64,000 nucleotides of DNA. It comes from Candidatus Babeliales bacterium. Its GTDB lineage: Bacteria; Babelota; Babeliae; Babelales; JANWKD01. Numbering within the stretch: position 1 is the stretch's first letter; each line of letters opens with the position of its first letter. The stretch spans positions 928,001 through 992,000 of the forward strand of contig OY969622.1 in the NCBI GenBank assembly GCA_963701665.1. The letters run 5' to 3'. A model generated the notes under the pieces. It was not told the origin of the DNA, searched no databases, and saw nothing but the letters and a program-made list of their open reading frames with translations. Shown in pieces: positions 1-10,814 of this stretch. The translations under genes were made by a program, and so were the position numbers.

Positions 1-1811
1 CCATATGCTGGCGAATACCAAGCATCTTCTAGGTGCCATTGAATAGCTGATGCAACTACAGAAAGATTTTTATCGCCATAGTTGAGAATGATATGATCAC
101 CATCTATCATCGGTAGCATTGAAGGATGAAGCATGAAATGCCATTCCCATGTATATTCATCTGGCATACTACTTTCAAACCAATCAGAAATAACAACGCG
201 CGTATCATTAACGGTGACACTACGGTGTGTCGTAACTCCGAGTGCTTTATAAAGCGCGTGAAATGTATAGAGTGTTTTCCCATCCTCACTCGTTTGCCAC
301 GAATCACAAAACTGTTGTTCGGGGATAGATAACAAAAAAAGTCGCTCGTCAGGCATTATAGTAGGCTGATTATATAATTGGAATGTCGAGTGATATGAAG
401 CATCGCGAAAACAATTGCGCCACACGAATGATGGCGTATAAAGATACGATCCTGGGTCAACAATGATCGGAATATTTTTATAAGCAACGGTAACACTTGC
501 AACATCAGCATGAAAATGGCCGGAGGGTTGGCGTGCGTCATAGACATGATGCCGTAATGAAATATGCCAGTCATTATTTTTGAGAATGGAGATACCAAAA
601 TTTTTATAATGAGTAATTTCTTCTCGCGCACTCGTTTCAATGTTGTTTTCAACAAACGCTCGCGTTACACCAAAAAAAAGAATTTTCCCTGAATCATTGT
701 CGCCAATTTGAATTGTTTCATCGCTACCATGTGGTTTGCACGCATCGATGAAAGCAATCATTGCAGTAAGCCTTTTCTTGAATGTTTCAGGTACAATAAA
801 ACCCATTTTATTTGCTAGCAATTCGGTATGAAAAAAAATTTCTGTCACCAACTGATGATATGATGTCGAACCTTCATAGTCAGTACCATCTTCTAACACT
901 TGTTTTTCAAATTCATCTAAGAGTGTTTGATAACACCATACAGCCTTTTTTTGCACAATGTCATTATCAAAGAAAAAATAGCAAAGATACAAATACCCGA
1001 TCAAATCGGAAAGATAATGATTTGAGGTGCGAAAATCATACACTTCCCAATTGTGCTCTAAATAAAAAAAATGATCATACAAACTGCAGACATATGATTC
1101 CCAGGAGCTTGCAGGTAAAGCATTTTTAAAAAAGCTATATCCCCACACTAAATTTACTGCACGTATCCCAACATCCATAGGACATGCCCAATGAGAGCCG
1201 AGCAAAAAAGGATTTTTCGTATGCCAATCTAAAAATTGTCGCTCAAACGCGCGCGCATATGCTTGTCGAGGGAAATCTTGATACGCGTGTCCAAGCACAA
1301 AAAAATGTTGCAAACGAGCGAGTTCCCATGGAACTTTTATATCTTTCTTAAGGTCTGAAGTTGTTCCTGGGGTTATTACGAAATCTTTGTAATACAACTG
1401 CGGATCAAAATAAGAATCGGCATTTTCATCATATTCTGCCAAGCGTATATCATGATGCCACGGAATGTTCTCAAATTTTTTTTTCTCAGAACCAAGTATG
1501 CTGAACGAGTGTTCACAAAATTCTGACGCGCGCATCAAAACATCGTCTTGATCAAGACGAGGGCATACATCACGCGTGTCGAGTGCAACACGACGCGCGT
1601 TTTTTTCATGCCATGATGCGAATTTTTCATCGAGTGCGAACTGTTTTTGAACATCATGCCATGCGTGATTTGCTTGTTGCTTATTAGCTTTTGCGCGCCA
1701 ATACAAATCAAATCGTTTTTCTTGCCAACGATTATATACAATGGTGGCGCTTTTTTGTATTCCCAGCCCTGAAACTTTGCGTAAATAATGCTTTATTTTC
1801 CTGAGCTCCAT
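1..1811 (-). CDS. Heparinase II/III-family protein, runs off the window start (3' partial)
   Basis: Absent from the ORF track, consistent with no stop inside the window. Manual translation from ATG 1811 gives MELRKIKHY..., DIKVPWELARLQH, DPGSYLY...WRNCFR and, in the same frame at the edge, WYSPAYG. These are typical heparinase II/III motifs. Confidence 0.8.
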   Translation of the reverse strand, partial: MELRKIKHYLRKVSGLGIQKSATIVYNRWQEKRFDLYWRAKANKQQANHAWHDVQKQFALDEKFASWHEKNARRVALDTRDVCPRLDQDDVLMRASEFCEHSFSILGSEKKKFENIPWHHDIRLAEYDENADSYFDPQLYYKDFVITPGTTSDLKKDIKVPWELARLQHFFVLGHAYQDFPRQAYARAFERQFLDWHTKNPFLLGSHWACPMDVGIRAVNLVWGYSFFKNALPASSWESYVCSLYDHFFYLEHNWEVYDFRTSNHYLSDLIGYLYLCYFFFDNDIVQKKAVWCYQTLLDEFEKQVLEDGTDYEGSTSYHQLVTEIFFHTELLANKMGFIVPETFKKRLTAMIAFIDACKPHGSDETIQIGDNDSGKILFFGVTRAFVENNIETSAREEITHYKNFGISILKNNDWHISLRHHVYDARQPSGHFHADVASVTVAYKNIPIIVDPGSYLYTPSFVWRNCFRDASYHSTFQLYNQPTIMPDERLFLLSIPEQQFCDSWQTSEDGKTLYTFHALYKALGVTTHRSVTVNDTRVVISDWFESSMPDEYTWEWHFMLHPSMLPMIDGDHIILNYGDKNLSVVASAIQWHLEDAWYSPAY

Positions 1812-1835
1812 ACCATTTCTCTTTTTTTGCAAAAA

Positions 1836-3773
1836 TTATTTTAAGCGCGTTCCATTCGGCACAGGATGGCCAATGCCAACAAGTTGTAAAGCACCTTTGT
1901 CATCAATTGCCGTTAAAAGCATACCATGTGATTCTAAGCCCATCATTGCACGCGGTTTTAAATTGAATACAAAAACGCCCTGCTTTCCTATCAATTGTTC
2001 TTGGGTGAAAGATTGTTTTATGCCACTCAACACTTGTCGCGTACCTTCAGGACCAAAATTTACTTGCAAGCGATAGAGCTTATCAGATTTTGGTATTGGC
2101 TCGCACGCTTCGATAGTTCCCACCCGCAATTCAATTTTTGAAAAATGTTCAATATCAATCTCGTTGATTACATCTTTTATGTGTTCTTGTTGCATTGCAG
2201 ACTCACTTTTTTTAGTTTCGGGTTTTGCAAATAATGTTGGTATTTTTGTAAGAGAAAATGATTTTTTTTCAAAGGTGGTATCAAGTTCTTGAATATAGTT
2301 TTTAGTACCTAATTCGAGGGTGATGCCTAAACTTGCCAATAATGATTCCATGCTTTTTGGCATAACGGGAATAAGCACTACAGCAATACCATACAAACTA
2401 TGGCAGGTAGCTGCAAGAACTTCTTTGAATTTTTGTTCATCTGATTTTGCAAGCTTCCATGGCTCATGACTATGGAAATAGGCATTGGTCTGTGCAATAT
2501 ATTTCCATATCGATGCTAGGGCTAAATGGAACATAAATTCGCGCATATGATTTTTTACATCATGAACCATCACTCCAAAAGATTCACGCAACGTTGCAAC
2601 ATCTGCTGACCATGTCGCAGGAGTTTGTAATGACGTGATCTGGTGTTTCTCTGCTAATGCCGCCATGCGATTGAGCAAATTACCCAAATCATTTGCTAAA
2701 TCTGCCGTAATACGTTGCTCAAGATCTTCGATCGCAAAATTAGTGTCTTGTGTAATAGACATATGGCGTACTAAATAATAACGCACAGGTTCAGCACCAT
2801 ATGCCGCTAATAACTGTTCTGGATCAACTACATTGCCCAAAGATTTTGACATCTTTTGTTCCTGTACCTTAATCCACCCGTGCACTAATAACTGCTTAGG
2901 CACTGGTAAATCAGATGCCATTAAGAAAGCTGGCCAATAAATTGCATGAAATCGAATAATATCTTTGCCCAAAATTTGGACATCTGCAGGCCACCATGTC
3001 TCAAATTCTTTTTCTTTTCCTTTTTGTGCGTATCCTATTGCCGTAATATAATTATTCAAAGCATCAGCCCATACATAGGTAACGTGCTTATCATCACCAG
3101 GGAAAGGAATCCCCCACGTAATTGACGTACGCGAAATACTTAAATCGCGCAATCCTTCTTTGACAAAATTTATCACTTCATGCGCGCGTTCTCGCGGTAT
3201 GATAAAATCTGGGTGATTAGCATAAAATTGCAGCAACCGATCTTGATAAGCAGATAATTTGAAAAAATATGATTCTTCAGATAAATAGACTGTCTCGCGT
3301 GAACACGTTGGACACAACGGGCCTTTTTGACCAACATCTATTTTTTCATCGGGTTTTTCGGTTAAGAATGTTTCATCTGGTATGCAATACCATCCTTGAT
3401 ACCGAGCTTTATAAATATCGCCTTTTTGCATCAATTTTTGTAACCACGCTTGCACAGCTTTTTTATGGTTTTCATCGGTAGTGCGGATAAAGTATGTATA
3501 TGCTAATTCATAGTCATGCCATACTTTTTTATAAACATCGATAAAGCTATCTACAAACTCTTTGGGATTTTTGTGGGCTTTTTCTGCGGCTTGGGCAATT
3601 TTTTGGCCATGTTCATCGGTGCCTGTTAAAAAGAAGACTACATCTCCTTTAAGGCGATGCCAGCGAGCAAGTACATCTGCAAGTAACGTAGAGTATAGGG
3701 ACCCTAAATGTGGCTTAGCAGTCACATAATAAATAGGTGTCGTAACATAGAACTTTTTTTTAGATAAATTCAT
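1836..3773 (-). CDS. metG: Methionyl-tRNA synthetase with C-terminal tRNA-binding domain
   Basis: YVTTPIYY, HLGS (HIGH-type), GTDEHG, KMSKS, C-terminal EMAP/Trbp111 OB domain. Confidence 0.97.
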   Translation of the reverse strand: MNLSKKKFYVTTPIYYVTAKPHLGSLYSTLLADVLARWHRLKGDVVFFLTGTDEHGQKIAQAAEKAHKNPKEFVDSFIDVYKKVWHDYELAYTYFIRTTDENHKKAVQAWLQKLMQKGDIYKARYQGWYCIPDETFLTEKPDEKIDVGQKGPLCPTCSRETVYLSEESYFFKLSAYQDRLLQFYANHPDFIIPRERAHEVINFVKEGLRDLSISRTSITWGIPFPGDDKHVTYVWADALNNYITAIGYAQKGKEKEFETWWPADVQILGKDIIRFHAIYWPAFLMASDLPVPKQLLVHGWIKVQEQKMSKSLGNVVDPEQLLAAYGAEPVRYYLVRHMSITQDTNFAIEDLEQRITADLANDLGNLLNRMAALAEKHQITSLQTPATWSADVATLRESFGVMVHDVKNHMREFMFHLALASIWKYIAQTNAYFHSHEPWKLAKSDEQKFKEVLAATCHSLYGIAVVLIPVMPKSMESLLASLGITLELGTKNYIQELDTTFEKKSFSLTKIPTLFAKPETKKSESAMQQEHIKDVINEIDIEHFSKIELRVGTIEACEPIPKSDKLYRLQVNFGPEGTRQVLSGIKQSFTQEQLIGKQGVFVFNLKPRAMMGLESHGMLLTAIDDKGALQLVGIGHPVPNGTRLK

Positions 3774-3851
3774 AATTTTCTACATATAAAGATTAGTCAG
3801 TTTTATTGTAAGGATAAAGCAAAAGTGCCCTTCATGCAAAATTCAAAAAAC

Positions 3852-3881
3852 AAAAAGCGGCATATCACTATGCCGCTTTTT
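3852..3881. terminator. Intrinsic terminator (bidirectional-type hairpin)
   Basis: AAAAAGCGGCATA-TCAC-TATGCCGCTTTTT downstream of the 3909-4313 gene. Confidence 0.8.
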
Positions 3882-3908
3882 TGGGTAATTTAATCTTTTT
3901 TTGTTTTC

Positions 3909-4313
3909 TTAACGCGTATGCAATGCGCCATGCCCTACTTTATAAAGCTGGACATGTTCTATCAAATCAGGGAGTTCCTTTTCGATCCTTTCTAAGTATT
4001 CTATTTTTTGATTATCACTTAAATAATCAAAACAGGATAGTAATGCTCTTGAAAGTAACGCTTGCTTCCCCGTTTGAGATGCCGCATCAACTATAGCCGT
4101 AAGAAATAATTCAAAATCAGTATTGTCGACTTTGTATAAGCAACTCTGTAAAATAACTTCGTCTCCAGCTGATTGTTGAGGTTCTTCTTGCATGCTTCGC
4201 TGTTCTTGCAGGCCATTATCACTTTTTGTGCAATCATACTCTGCACAAAGCTGCATTGTGATCAAGGCGCTAACAAAAACAACAACTACGCGTTTCAAAA
4301 CTCTTTTTTTCAT
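3909..4313 (-). CDS. Small secreted hypothetical protein
   Basis: 134 aa ORF with an N-terminal signal-peptide-like segment. Confidence 0.7.
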   Translation of the reverse strand: MKKRVLKRVVVVFVSALITMQLCAEYDCTKSDNGLQEQRSMQEEPQQSAGDEVILQSCLYKVDNTDFELFLTAIVDAASQTGKQALLSRALLSCFDYLSDNQKIEYLERIEKELPDLIEHVQLYKVGHGALHTR

Positions 4314-4325
4314 GCATTCCTTTAT

Positions 4326-6170
4326 CTAAAAATAAATATCAGCACCGATATACCATGCCGATTGAACCGGTGCATTTTTGCCGGCTACAGCATGATTAAA
4401 GCCGCCCCAAATTTGCCATGAACATGCTTGATAGAATAATTCCCCTTTAATCGTATGCGCAACTTGTTTTGTTCGCATTTCTAATACACTTGCGTCCAAC
4501 GGCTCAACATTGCCTAAAAGGTCCGTTGCTGTAGTCACATTAACGAAATTAATCTCGTCTTGACGTTTCACATACGGTTGATACCCGATATTAACACCTA
4601 GCTCTGGACAAATACACGGAATCAAGAATGTAAGATCTAGGTCGCCAACAAAATAGTCCCAAGAAACTTTTGCCTTAATAGCAGGGCCAATGTTTTTAAC
4701 CGTAGCGCCCATAAATGATGCCGCGACCGTTTCATTTCTGCTCAATGCCCAATTATAGAATCCATCGAATTTCACCGCGAGCCAATCACATGGTTGCCAA
4801 CCTAAGAAACCACCAATTTTTACTTCATAATGCCCGTTGTTACCACGAGGCACTAACAATAATAAGTTTGGATAATTATCACGATGTGCCGTTGGGAATG
4901 AAGCACCGATGATTCCTTCAGCAAACCAATCGCCCCAACAACTACACAAATCACGATGCACATAAAGCTCTGCTAAGAAGTCGCCAGGCCCTGATGTTCT
5001 TTGTGTTTGGAAATTGATTTCAGTCACTGTCGCAAGAAACTCAATAACCGAAAATTCAGCTGCGTTAACTATAGCGTTGAATGCTGATTGAATTGCACGT
5101 GCAGGTTGAACAATATCAAATGTAGCAGGGTTATTTGGCGTGCTTGATGCTGCTGTTGGCACCACCCACAATGTTTGTTGCTCAGCAACATCAGTACTTA
5201 GCGGTACATAAAAACCGGGAACCATTGAAAATACTGCACGACCTCCTGTTGGCACGCCAGATCCATCGGCATTTAATGTTGGTAATCCCGCAACTGATGA
5301 TGCAAAAAAACCTGTAACATCTATTGGACAATCTGGTGTTTCACTCGTAGGATCGGTTAAACGCAATGCAAATGGCGACTTCGGGGATTGGCCCACTGGC
5401 ACCGACACAACTTGCACAGGCGCACCATTGAAAGTTGTGACATCAATCCCTGCCATAGTGATTTTACCACTTGTAGCTGGGTCGTTATAATTAACAAATT
5501 TAGTGGTACCATTAACCGCTATAGGAAGTTCAGATAGAAAATCAAGTCGATAGGCGAATGAATTTTGAATTAATGATTTTTGCTGCGCTGGATTTGTAAC
5601 CGTGTCATCATTACACACTAATTCATTTACGTTGCTCACAAACAACGTATCAATACTTGATTCTAAGGTACAGCATGAATCTAATTGTGTTTTTATGTCA
5701 CGATACGGAATTCTGAGACGCACTCCAACATGCCATTGACATTCACACCCAAAATGTTTTTCAACGTTTAAACCAAACCAGGCAACATTTTCAGTGTAAT
5801 CAAAATTAGGAGTAATTTGTATAACACTCGCAAGAGGAACTAGATTGCTTACACTACCCGGTGAAACAATATTTGCAATAGTAAAGGTATCTTGCCCAAA
5901 GAAAATTCCTGGAAGCAATTCTTTTTTTGTTGAGTCGCTGTTTGTGAATGCATTATTGGCATGTCTAAATTCACCAGCCATCCATGGATTTATATAATCA
6001 AACCACCAACATTGATTACATTCATTTTCATCAATAGGAGGCAAAAAGGGAAAATGGCTATATGCATAACCATATGATAACGGACTTGGTATGCGCCATT
6101 CACGCGCTGCCACTTGGCTCCATGCAAGTGCAGCACTTAATGCTGAAAATACCACAAAACGTTTATTCAT
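4326..6170 (-). CDS. Cys-rich putative outer-membrane beta-barrel protein (paralog of 22066-23697)
   Basis: Signal peptide, amphipathic strands, terminal Phe (GADIYF), PTA...P-x-GN-x-GH motif shared with the paralog. Confidence 0.75.
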   Translation of the reverse strand: MNKRFVVFSALSAALAWSQVAAREWRIPSPLSYGYAYSHFPFLPPIDENECNQCWWFDYINPWMAGEFRHANNAFTNSDSTKKELLPGIFFGQDTFTIANIVSPGSVSNLVPLASVIQITPNFDYTENVAWFGLNVEKHFGCECQWHVGVRLRIPYRDIKTQLDSCCTLESSIDTLFVSNVNELVCNDDTVTNPAQQKSLIQNSFAYRLDFLSELPIAVNGTTKFVNYNDPATSGKITMAGIDVTTFNGAPVQVVSVPVGQSPKSPFALRLTDPTSETPDCPIDVTGFFASSVAGLPTLNADGSGVPTGGRAVFSMVPGFYVPLSTDVAEQQTLWVVPTAASSTPNNPATFDIVQPARAIQSAFNAIVNAAEFSVIEFLATVTEINFQTQRTSGPGDFLAELYVHRDLCSCWGDWFAEGIIGASFPTAHRDNYPNLLLLVPRGNNGHYEVKIGGFLGWQPCDWLAVKFDGFYNWALSRNETVAASFMGATVKNIGPAIKAKVSWDYFVGDLDLTFLIPCICPELGVNIGYQPYVKRQDEINFVNVTTATDLLGNVEPLDASVLEMRTKQVAHTIKGELFYQACSWQIWGGFNHAVAGKNAPVQSAWYIGADIYF

Positions 6171-6200
6171 AATTCTCCTTAAGGTTGTACTGTCAATAAA

Positions 6201-6223
6201 AGGAGAGGGTAGAACCCTCTCCT
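6201..6223 (-). terminator. Intergenic hairpin or weak terminator between the large surface protein gene and the OMP gene
   Basis: AGGAGAGGGT-AGA-ACCCTCTCCT, followed on the minus strand by TTTATT. Confidence 0.65.
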
Positions 6224-6232
6224 AATTTTCAT

Positions 6233-9200
6233 TTAAAATGCCGCTGCTCCTATAATTTCAGTTGGCAACGATAAGGAATCGGTATCAGGATCAATGATAA
6301 TATTCACTGCGCCGATAGCAAATGAATGCTCAAACTCCGTTGGATTATTTTGTCTACCTAATAATAATCCTTGTTGAAACTCAATGCGATTAATCAATGA
6401 GCCATCACTTACAAATCCTGCAATACCTACATTGAGCGTACCAGGTGCAAAATTAGCTCGTTTATTACTTGGTGCAACAAACAATACGGAAGGCCCAGCA
6501 TAATTATCAGTTTTCAGATAACTAAACAAATTAGCTGCAGTTACGTTAGTAGGCTGCGGCCCTTTTGATGGATCTGTTAACAGATACTCACCGGCCATCA
6601 TTCCTGAACTCAAGAATGGAGGAGTAAATCCTGCAAATGATGACACCGTAGGATTGATGGAAGTAGGAACTACAGAATCAAGAGCTTGTTGTAATAAGGA
6701 TTGTTGGGCAGGCCCCACGCAGTTAATTATATTAAGAATGGTATCATGACTTCCTAAATTATAAGCCGTGACCTCATTATTTATTTGAGCTAATTGCGCA
6801 TCACTTAAGACCAATAAATGTAACAACTTATCGTTTAATTTTAAGCCGCTACGGGTAGGACCGCTATTAGTTAGTGGTTCCGTGCATTCAATTTGCACCA
6901 TATTCCCACCACCCAAAATAACCGACGTTAGTGGATTAAAGAGGAATGAATAACTACCTTGACTACCAAGAGCCAGTAATGAAGCATTCACGTTATTCCC
7001 ATTGAAAATTTTGTTATGTACAAACGTTCCTTCATTAACGGAAATTGTTAACGTCGTAATATTTGACAAGCAGCTTACCAACCACTCATTAGGTATTGGT
7101 CTTGACTTATCAATCATGCCTACACCAACGCCAAAGAATCCGAGACGATCAATATTAAAGGTAGCGCCTGCACCAGCAAGAAGTAATTGGAATGATACGC
7201 TACGTGTTGGATCAAATGTTGTATCACCTATCTGGAAAACCCCGCCATATAAAGCAGAATTACCTATTTGAATAGATGCTTCATCGGTAAGCTCAAAAAC
7301 AAGATCAGTAACATTCGAACATACTGGGTATGATTCAATACCAAAATAACCGCCAAGAGGAACGAGCATTGATGAACCGCCAGCAAAGTTAACCGTACCC
7401 GTACCGCTCATGATCACTCGAACATTATCAAGACTATCAACGGTGGTTCCTCCTGTTTGTGGAGCACTCGAAGGCAAGATAAGCAGTTGTGCGTTTTCAG
7501 TAAAGAGCAGCGTACCACCACCAAGCACTATACGTGCACCCGGTTCACATATTAACGATACTGCACCATCAATTGAAAGTATCTGATCGGGTGTAGTGAA
7601 TTGTGATAGATCTAACACGCCAGGTGCTTTTATACGCAGCTCGCGCGGTGTTGATGCAGTTATATGCAATACATTTAGTCCATTAACACCAAAATTCGTA
7701 CCAGTTAGAATATGACATACGTTATTAACGATAATATCTTCATTAAGTTCGATTGTCCCATCACCATTCGGCACTAACGTTACGCCATTAACACCAAGAA
7801 CAACGGATCCTTGCAATGCATCAATATCTTTATGAGTTGTTCCTAAACCAACATAACCATCATTTTGTACGACAACGAGTCCTGTTGGCGCTTGAGCTGA
7901 ATTGTATCCTTGAATAAATACTAATTCTCTCACAAGCCCACCATCAACTAAAATATTTGCAGGATCACCTATACGAGCACGCAATATTTGTAATTGATCA
8001 ACTGTACCTTGAACTGTTGGCAACGCATTGAGGTTTTGTGGAATGATAGGTGCAGCAGCACAAGGCGCTGGAATTTCTTCTATTTCGTAAGGAATAAAGC
8101 ACGTTGGCGTAATAACAGTTGAATCACAGCAGTATGCTTTTTGTATAGCACCCCAATCAAGCGTATAATCGGAGAATGTTTGTCCAGCTGCAATAATCAC
8201 TACCTGCGTTGGATCATTTAAGTTAAGATTCCATTGAGCAACACCGATTTCAGGATCAAAGAAAACACTGTTATATGGTAAATTAATTACACCGCCCCGA
8301 CTCGTTGCAATCATAGCACCAATATTTGCAATTCTATTATCCAATACCTGGAATTGGCCAAGCGCATCGACAAAAATACCGCCTTGTCCAGTTGTTGCAC
8401 TTGAAGGAGGATATGCTAGTTCTCCGCCACGGGATTCAAATGAAATGTATACACTTTCAACTAATAAAGCAGCTGTAACCGTTAAGACAAATGGCAGACC
8501 AGTATTAACATCAATACCTGTTGCTCCATTAGTACCAATTGAAATATTCGTTTCATTGTTCAGGTAGATAGTTTGAATAGCAAATTGATTAGAAATATCA
8601 CCTGTGATGCCTTGAATAGTACAATCATCGTTAACGGCTGTTAAAATATAAAGATTGATTTCGCCAGGACTTGGATCGGTAACTTCCTGGTATATATTCA
8701 AATGTGATGCCATATCAGTTGTCGTAATGCATGTATCAAAACAAATATCGGTACCTAAAATCATATTACGGCCATAGCCATCGTCGATACAACGACCATT
8801 GTTATAAAAGATAAAGGAACTGTTGTTACTACCACCAACTAAGTTAGGTACTAAGAAATCAACACCAGTTGAAGCAACACTCGTCTGTACTCTAAACGCG
8901 CTATTGTAGAAGGCAATCAGAGGTCGAGGTTGGCCTGCATGGCAAGAGAATAAATAACTATCACCGCCTACATAGGTTGGCTCAGAGAATAAATTTGGAT
9001 TACCAAGATTGAATTCTTCAAATACTGCGTGGTTAAAATCATTATGAGTCAGTGAAAGATTACTAAGATTCAAGCGATTGTTGATTAAGAAAGCTCCACT
9101 GTTATAACGAAGATAATTTCCTTGCGCATCAACAGCAAATGTTCTTTGTGGGAATGCAAGAAGCGGTGAATTTTCAGTTACTGGGCACCCTGTCTGATTT

Positions 9201-10579
9201 ACTTCTAATGATAAAATATTAACAACGTTTGTATTACTCGAGTTGCCAATAATGCTTGCATAAGCTTCTACGTCAAATACAATATTACCTGCACAAGGGG
9301 TAATTGCTGAAAAGGCTACTATATAGTCAGGCGAAACATTTCCACAATTATCAACACCTGAAAGGAAATAAAGTGCTGACGTTCCTTCTAAGAGTATTTG
9401 TGCTTGATTCATGTTGTTAGTATTCAAACCATCAACAATAAACGCAGAACCATTTCTTAAGCGCTGCATTTGTTGCGGCATACCACAGCCCGATGGGAGT
9501 GTAAAGATACAGCACACGTTCGTCGCAGTACCAATATATTCAAGGTACGTACCATCTGACACCGTTAACGTAGAAGGAGCAACTAAAATGAAGCCAGTTT
9601 GAGGAGTATTTAAATTTGGTGAACCATTGTGTTGGCAGAACGGATCACTAAATAAATCCGTACATTGAGTATTGCCGTTAACAATTTGCAATGCAGCTGT
9701 ATTTCCTGGTGTAATTAATTCAGATTCTGGATCAATGGTAAACTGTGGCGTACCATTTGCCAATGTTGTTAAACTGATATTGCTAATCATCAAATTAGGA
9801 TTACTAAGACCACCTGATACGAAATAAGCTCCGATGATTACTGCCCCGGTATTTTCTATCGTAAGAACGCCACCAACACTTGATGATGAATTAACTCCTG
9901 GGCTAAATTCAATTTCTCCCTCTGCCACTAATAATGAATTATCCGATATGTAGCCCATTATTGATTCAGGACCAACATCTACATTGAACGGTAGTGTAGG
10001 ATTATTTACTGAATGTGCAAACTGAACTGTTGGTGCACCTCCAATTGGCCCAAGCCCAACATAAAACTGTGTACCGCCAGAGTTGGTACTTGATTGCGTA
10101 AAGCTCACCGTTGTACCACCATCCATCAAAAAGACAACAGTACCAGCCCCAGAAACTGTCACTAAAAGATCTGGAGTAGCTGCAGTTGAAGTCACATTAC
10201 CTTCAAAGCTAAGATCATCTGATACTTGGAACGTTATGGTGCGACCTAGGCTGGCATAGAGATATAATCGTGAGGGATTAGTTGGAGCACCGTCACAACG
10301 ATTACGTGATCCGGTAATGACAGAATCACCGCTCGTTATGGTAATTAAAATGTCACATGCCAATGACTGAACACTAATACCATTAACAAGCGCATTGGTA
10401 CCACTAATATCAATGTTCGAGTTAATAACATTTGAAACGACACCGCTACTTGAACATCCACTTAAATTATGCCAGTTAACTGTCGGTCCGCCGCAGGGTG
10501 CCGCAAATATATTGGGGACAATACCCAACAGAAAAACCCAAAAAATTTGCTTATAACTACTGAGAAATTTTTTTCTCAT
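6233..10579 (-). CDS. Large secreted G/N/S/T/I/V-rich, Cys-containing surface protein (possible beta-helix adhesin or envelope protein)
   Basis: 1448 aa, signal peptide, beta-rich composition, about 27 Cys, almost no Lys. Confidence 0.75.
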   Translation of the reverse strand: MRKKFLSSYKQIFWVFLLGIVPNIFAAPCGGPTVNWHNLSGCSSSGVVSNVINSNIDISGTNALVNGISVQSLACDILITITSGDSVITGSRNRCDGAPTNPSRLYLYASLGRTITFQVSDDLSFEGNVTSTAATPDLLVTVSGAGTVVFLMDGGTTVSFTQSSTNSGGTQFYVGLGPIGGAPTVQFAHSVNNPTLPFNVDVGPESIMGYISDNSLLVAEGEIEFSPGVNSSSSVGGVLTIENTGAVIIGAYFVSGGLSNPNLMISNISLTTLANGTPQFTIDPESELITPGNTAALQIVNGNTQCTDLFSDPFCQHNGSPNLNTPQTGFILVAPSTLTVSDGTYLEYIGTATNVCCIFTLPSGCGMPQQMQRLRNGSAFIVDGLNTNNMNQAQILLEGTSALYFLSGVDNCGNVSPDYIVAFSAITPCAGNIVFDVEAYASIIGNSSNTNVVNILSLEVNQTGCPVTENSPLLAFPQRTFAVDAQGNYLRYNSGAFLINNRLNLSNLSLTHNDFNHAVFEEFNLGNPNLFSEPTYVGGDSYLFSCHAGQPRPLIAFYNSAFRVQTSVASTGVDFLVPNLVGGSNNSSFIFYNNGRCIDDGYGRNMILGTDICFDTCITTTDMASHLNIYQEVTDPSPGEINLYILTAVNDDCTIQGITGDISNQFAIQTIYLNNETNISIGTNGATGIDVNTGLPFVLTVTAALLVESVYISFESRGGELAYPPSSATTGQGGIFVDALGQFQVLDNRIANIGAMIATSRGGVINLPYNSVFFDPEIGVAQWNLNLNDPTQVVIIAAGQTFSDYTLDWGAIQKAYCCDSTVITPTCFIPYEIEEIPAPCAAAPIIPQNLNALPTVQGTVDQLQILRARIGDPANILVDGGLVRELVFIQGYNSAQAPTGLVVVQNDGYVGLGTTHKDIDALQGSVVLGVNGVTLVPNGDGTIELNEDIIVNNVCHILTGTNFGVNGLNVLHITASTPRELRIKAPGVLDLSQFTTPDQILSIDGAVSLICEPGARIVLGGGTLLFTENAQLLILPSSAPQTGGTTVDSLDNVRVIMSGTGTVNFAGGSSMLVPLGGYFGIESYPVCSNVTDLVFELTDEASIQIGNSALYGGVFQIGDTTFDPTRSVSFQLLLAGAGATFNIDRLGFFGVGVGMIDKSRPIPNEWLVSCLSNITTLTISVNEGTFVHNKIFNGNNVNASLLALGSQGSYSFLFNPLTSVILGGGNMVQIECTEPLTNSGPTRSGLKLNDKLLHLLVLSDAQLAQINNEVTAYNLGSHDTILNIINCVGPAQQSLLQQALDSVVPTSINPTVSSFAGFTPPFLSSGMMAGEYLLTDPSKGPQPTNVTAANLFSYLKTDNYAGPSVLFVAPSNKRANFAPGTLNVGIAGFVSDGSLINRIEFQQGLLLGRQNNPTEFEHSFAIGAVNIIIDPDTDSLSLPTEIIGAAAF

Positions 10580-10814
10580 ATTTCTCTTCCTTTTTTAAAT
10601 TAGAAGTTTAATTTTTCTAAGTAATAATAATAAACAAGCTGTTAAAGCTGATTATTCTTATTGTCTATTTCCTTGCGCACCTCCGTTAATTCGTAAAAAA
10701 ATGGTAACTATATTGCATCTAATGCTACTTGTTTAGATAACACAAAATATTTTTCGCGTAAGAGCCTGTGCAACATTATTAAAATGGTTAAAAAGAAATG
10801 TCAAGGCTTTTGTC

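Noticed and set aside
1..1811. Apparent gene-free or pseudogene region in the ORF track
   Set aside because: It appears to be one open minus-strand frame running off the window edge; the short ORFs listed there are shadows.
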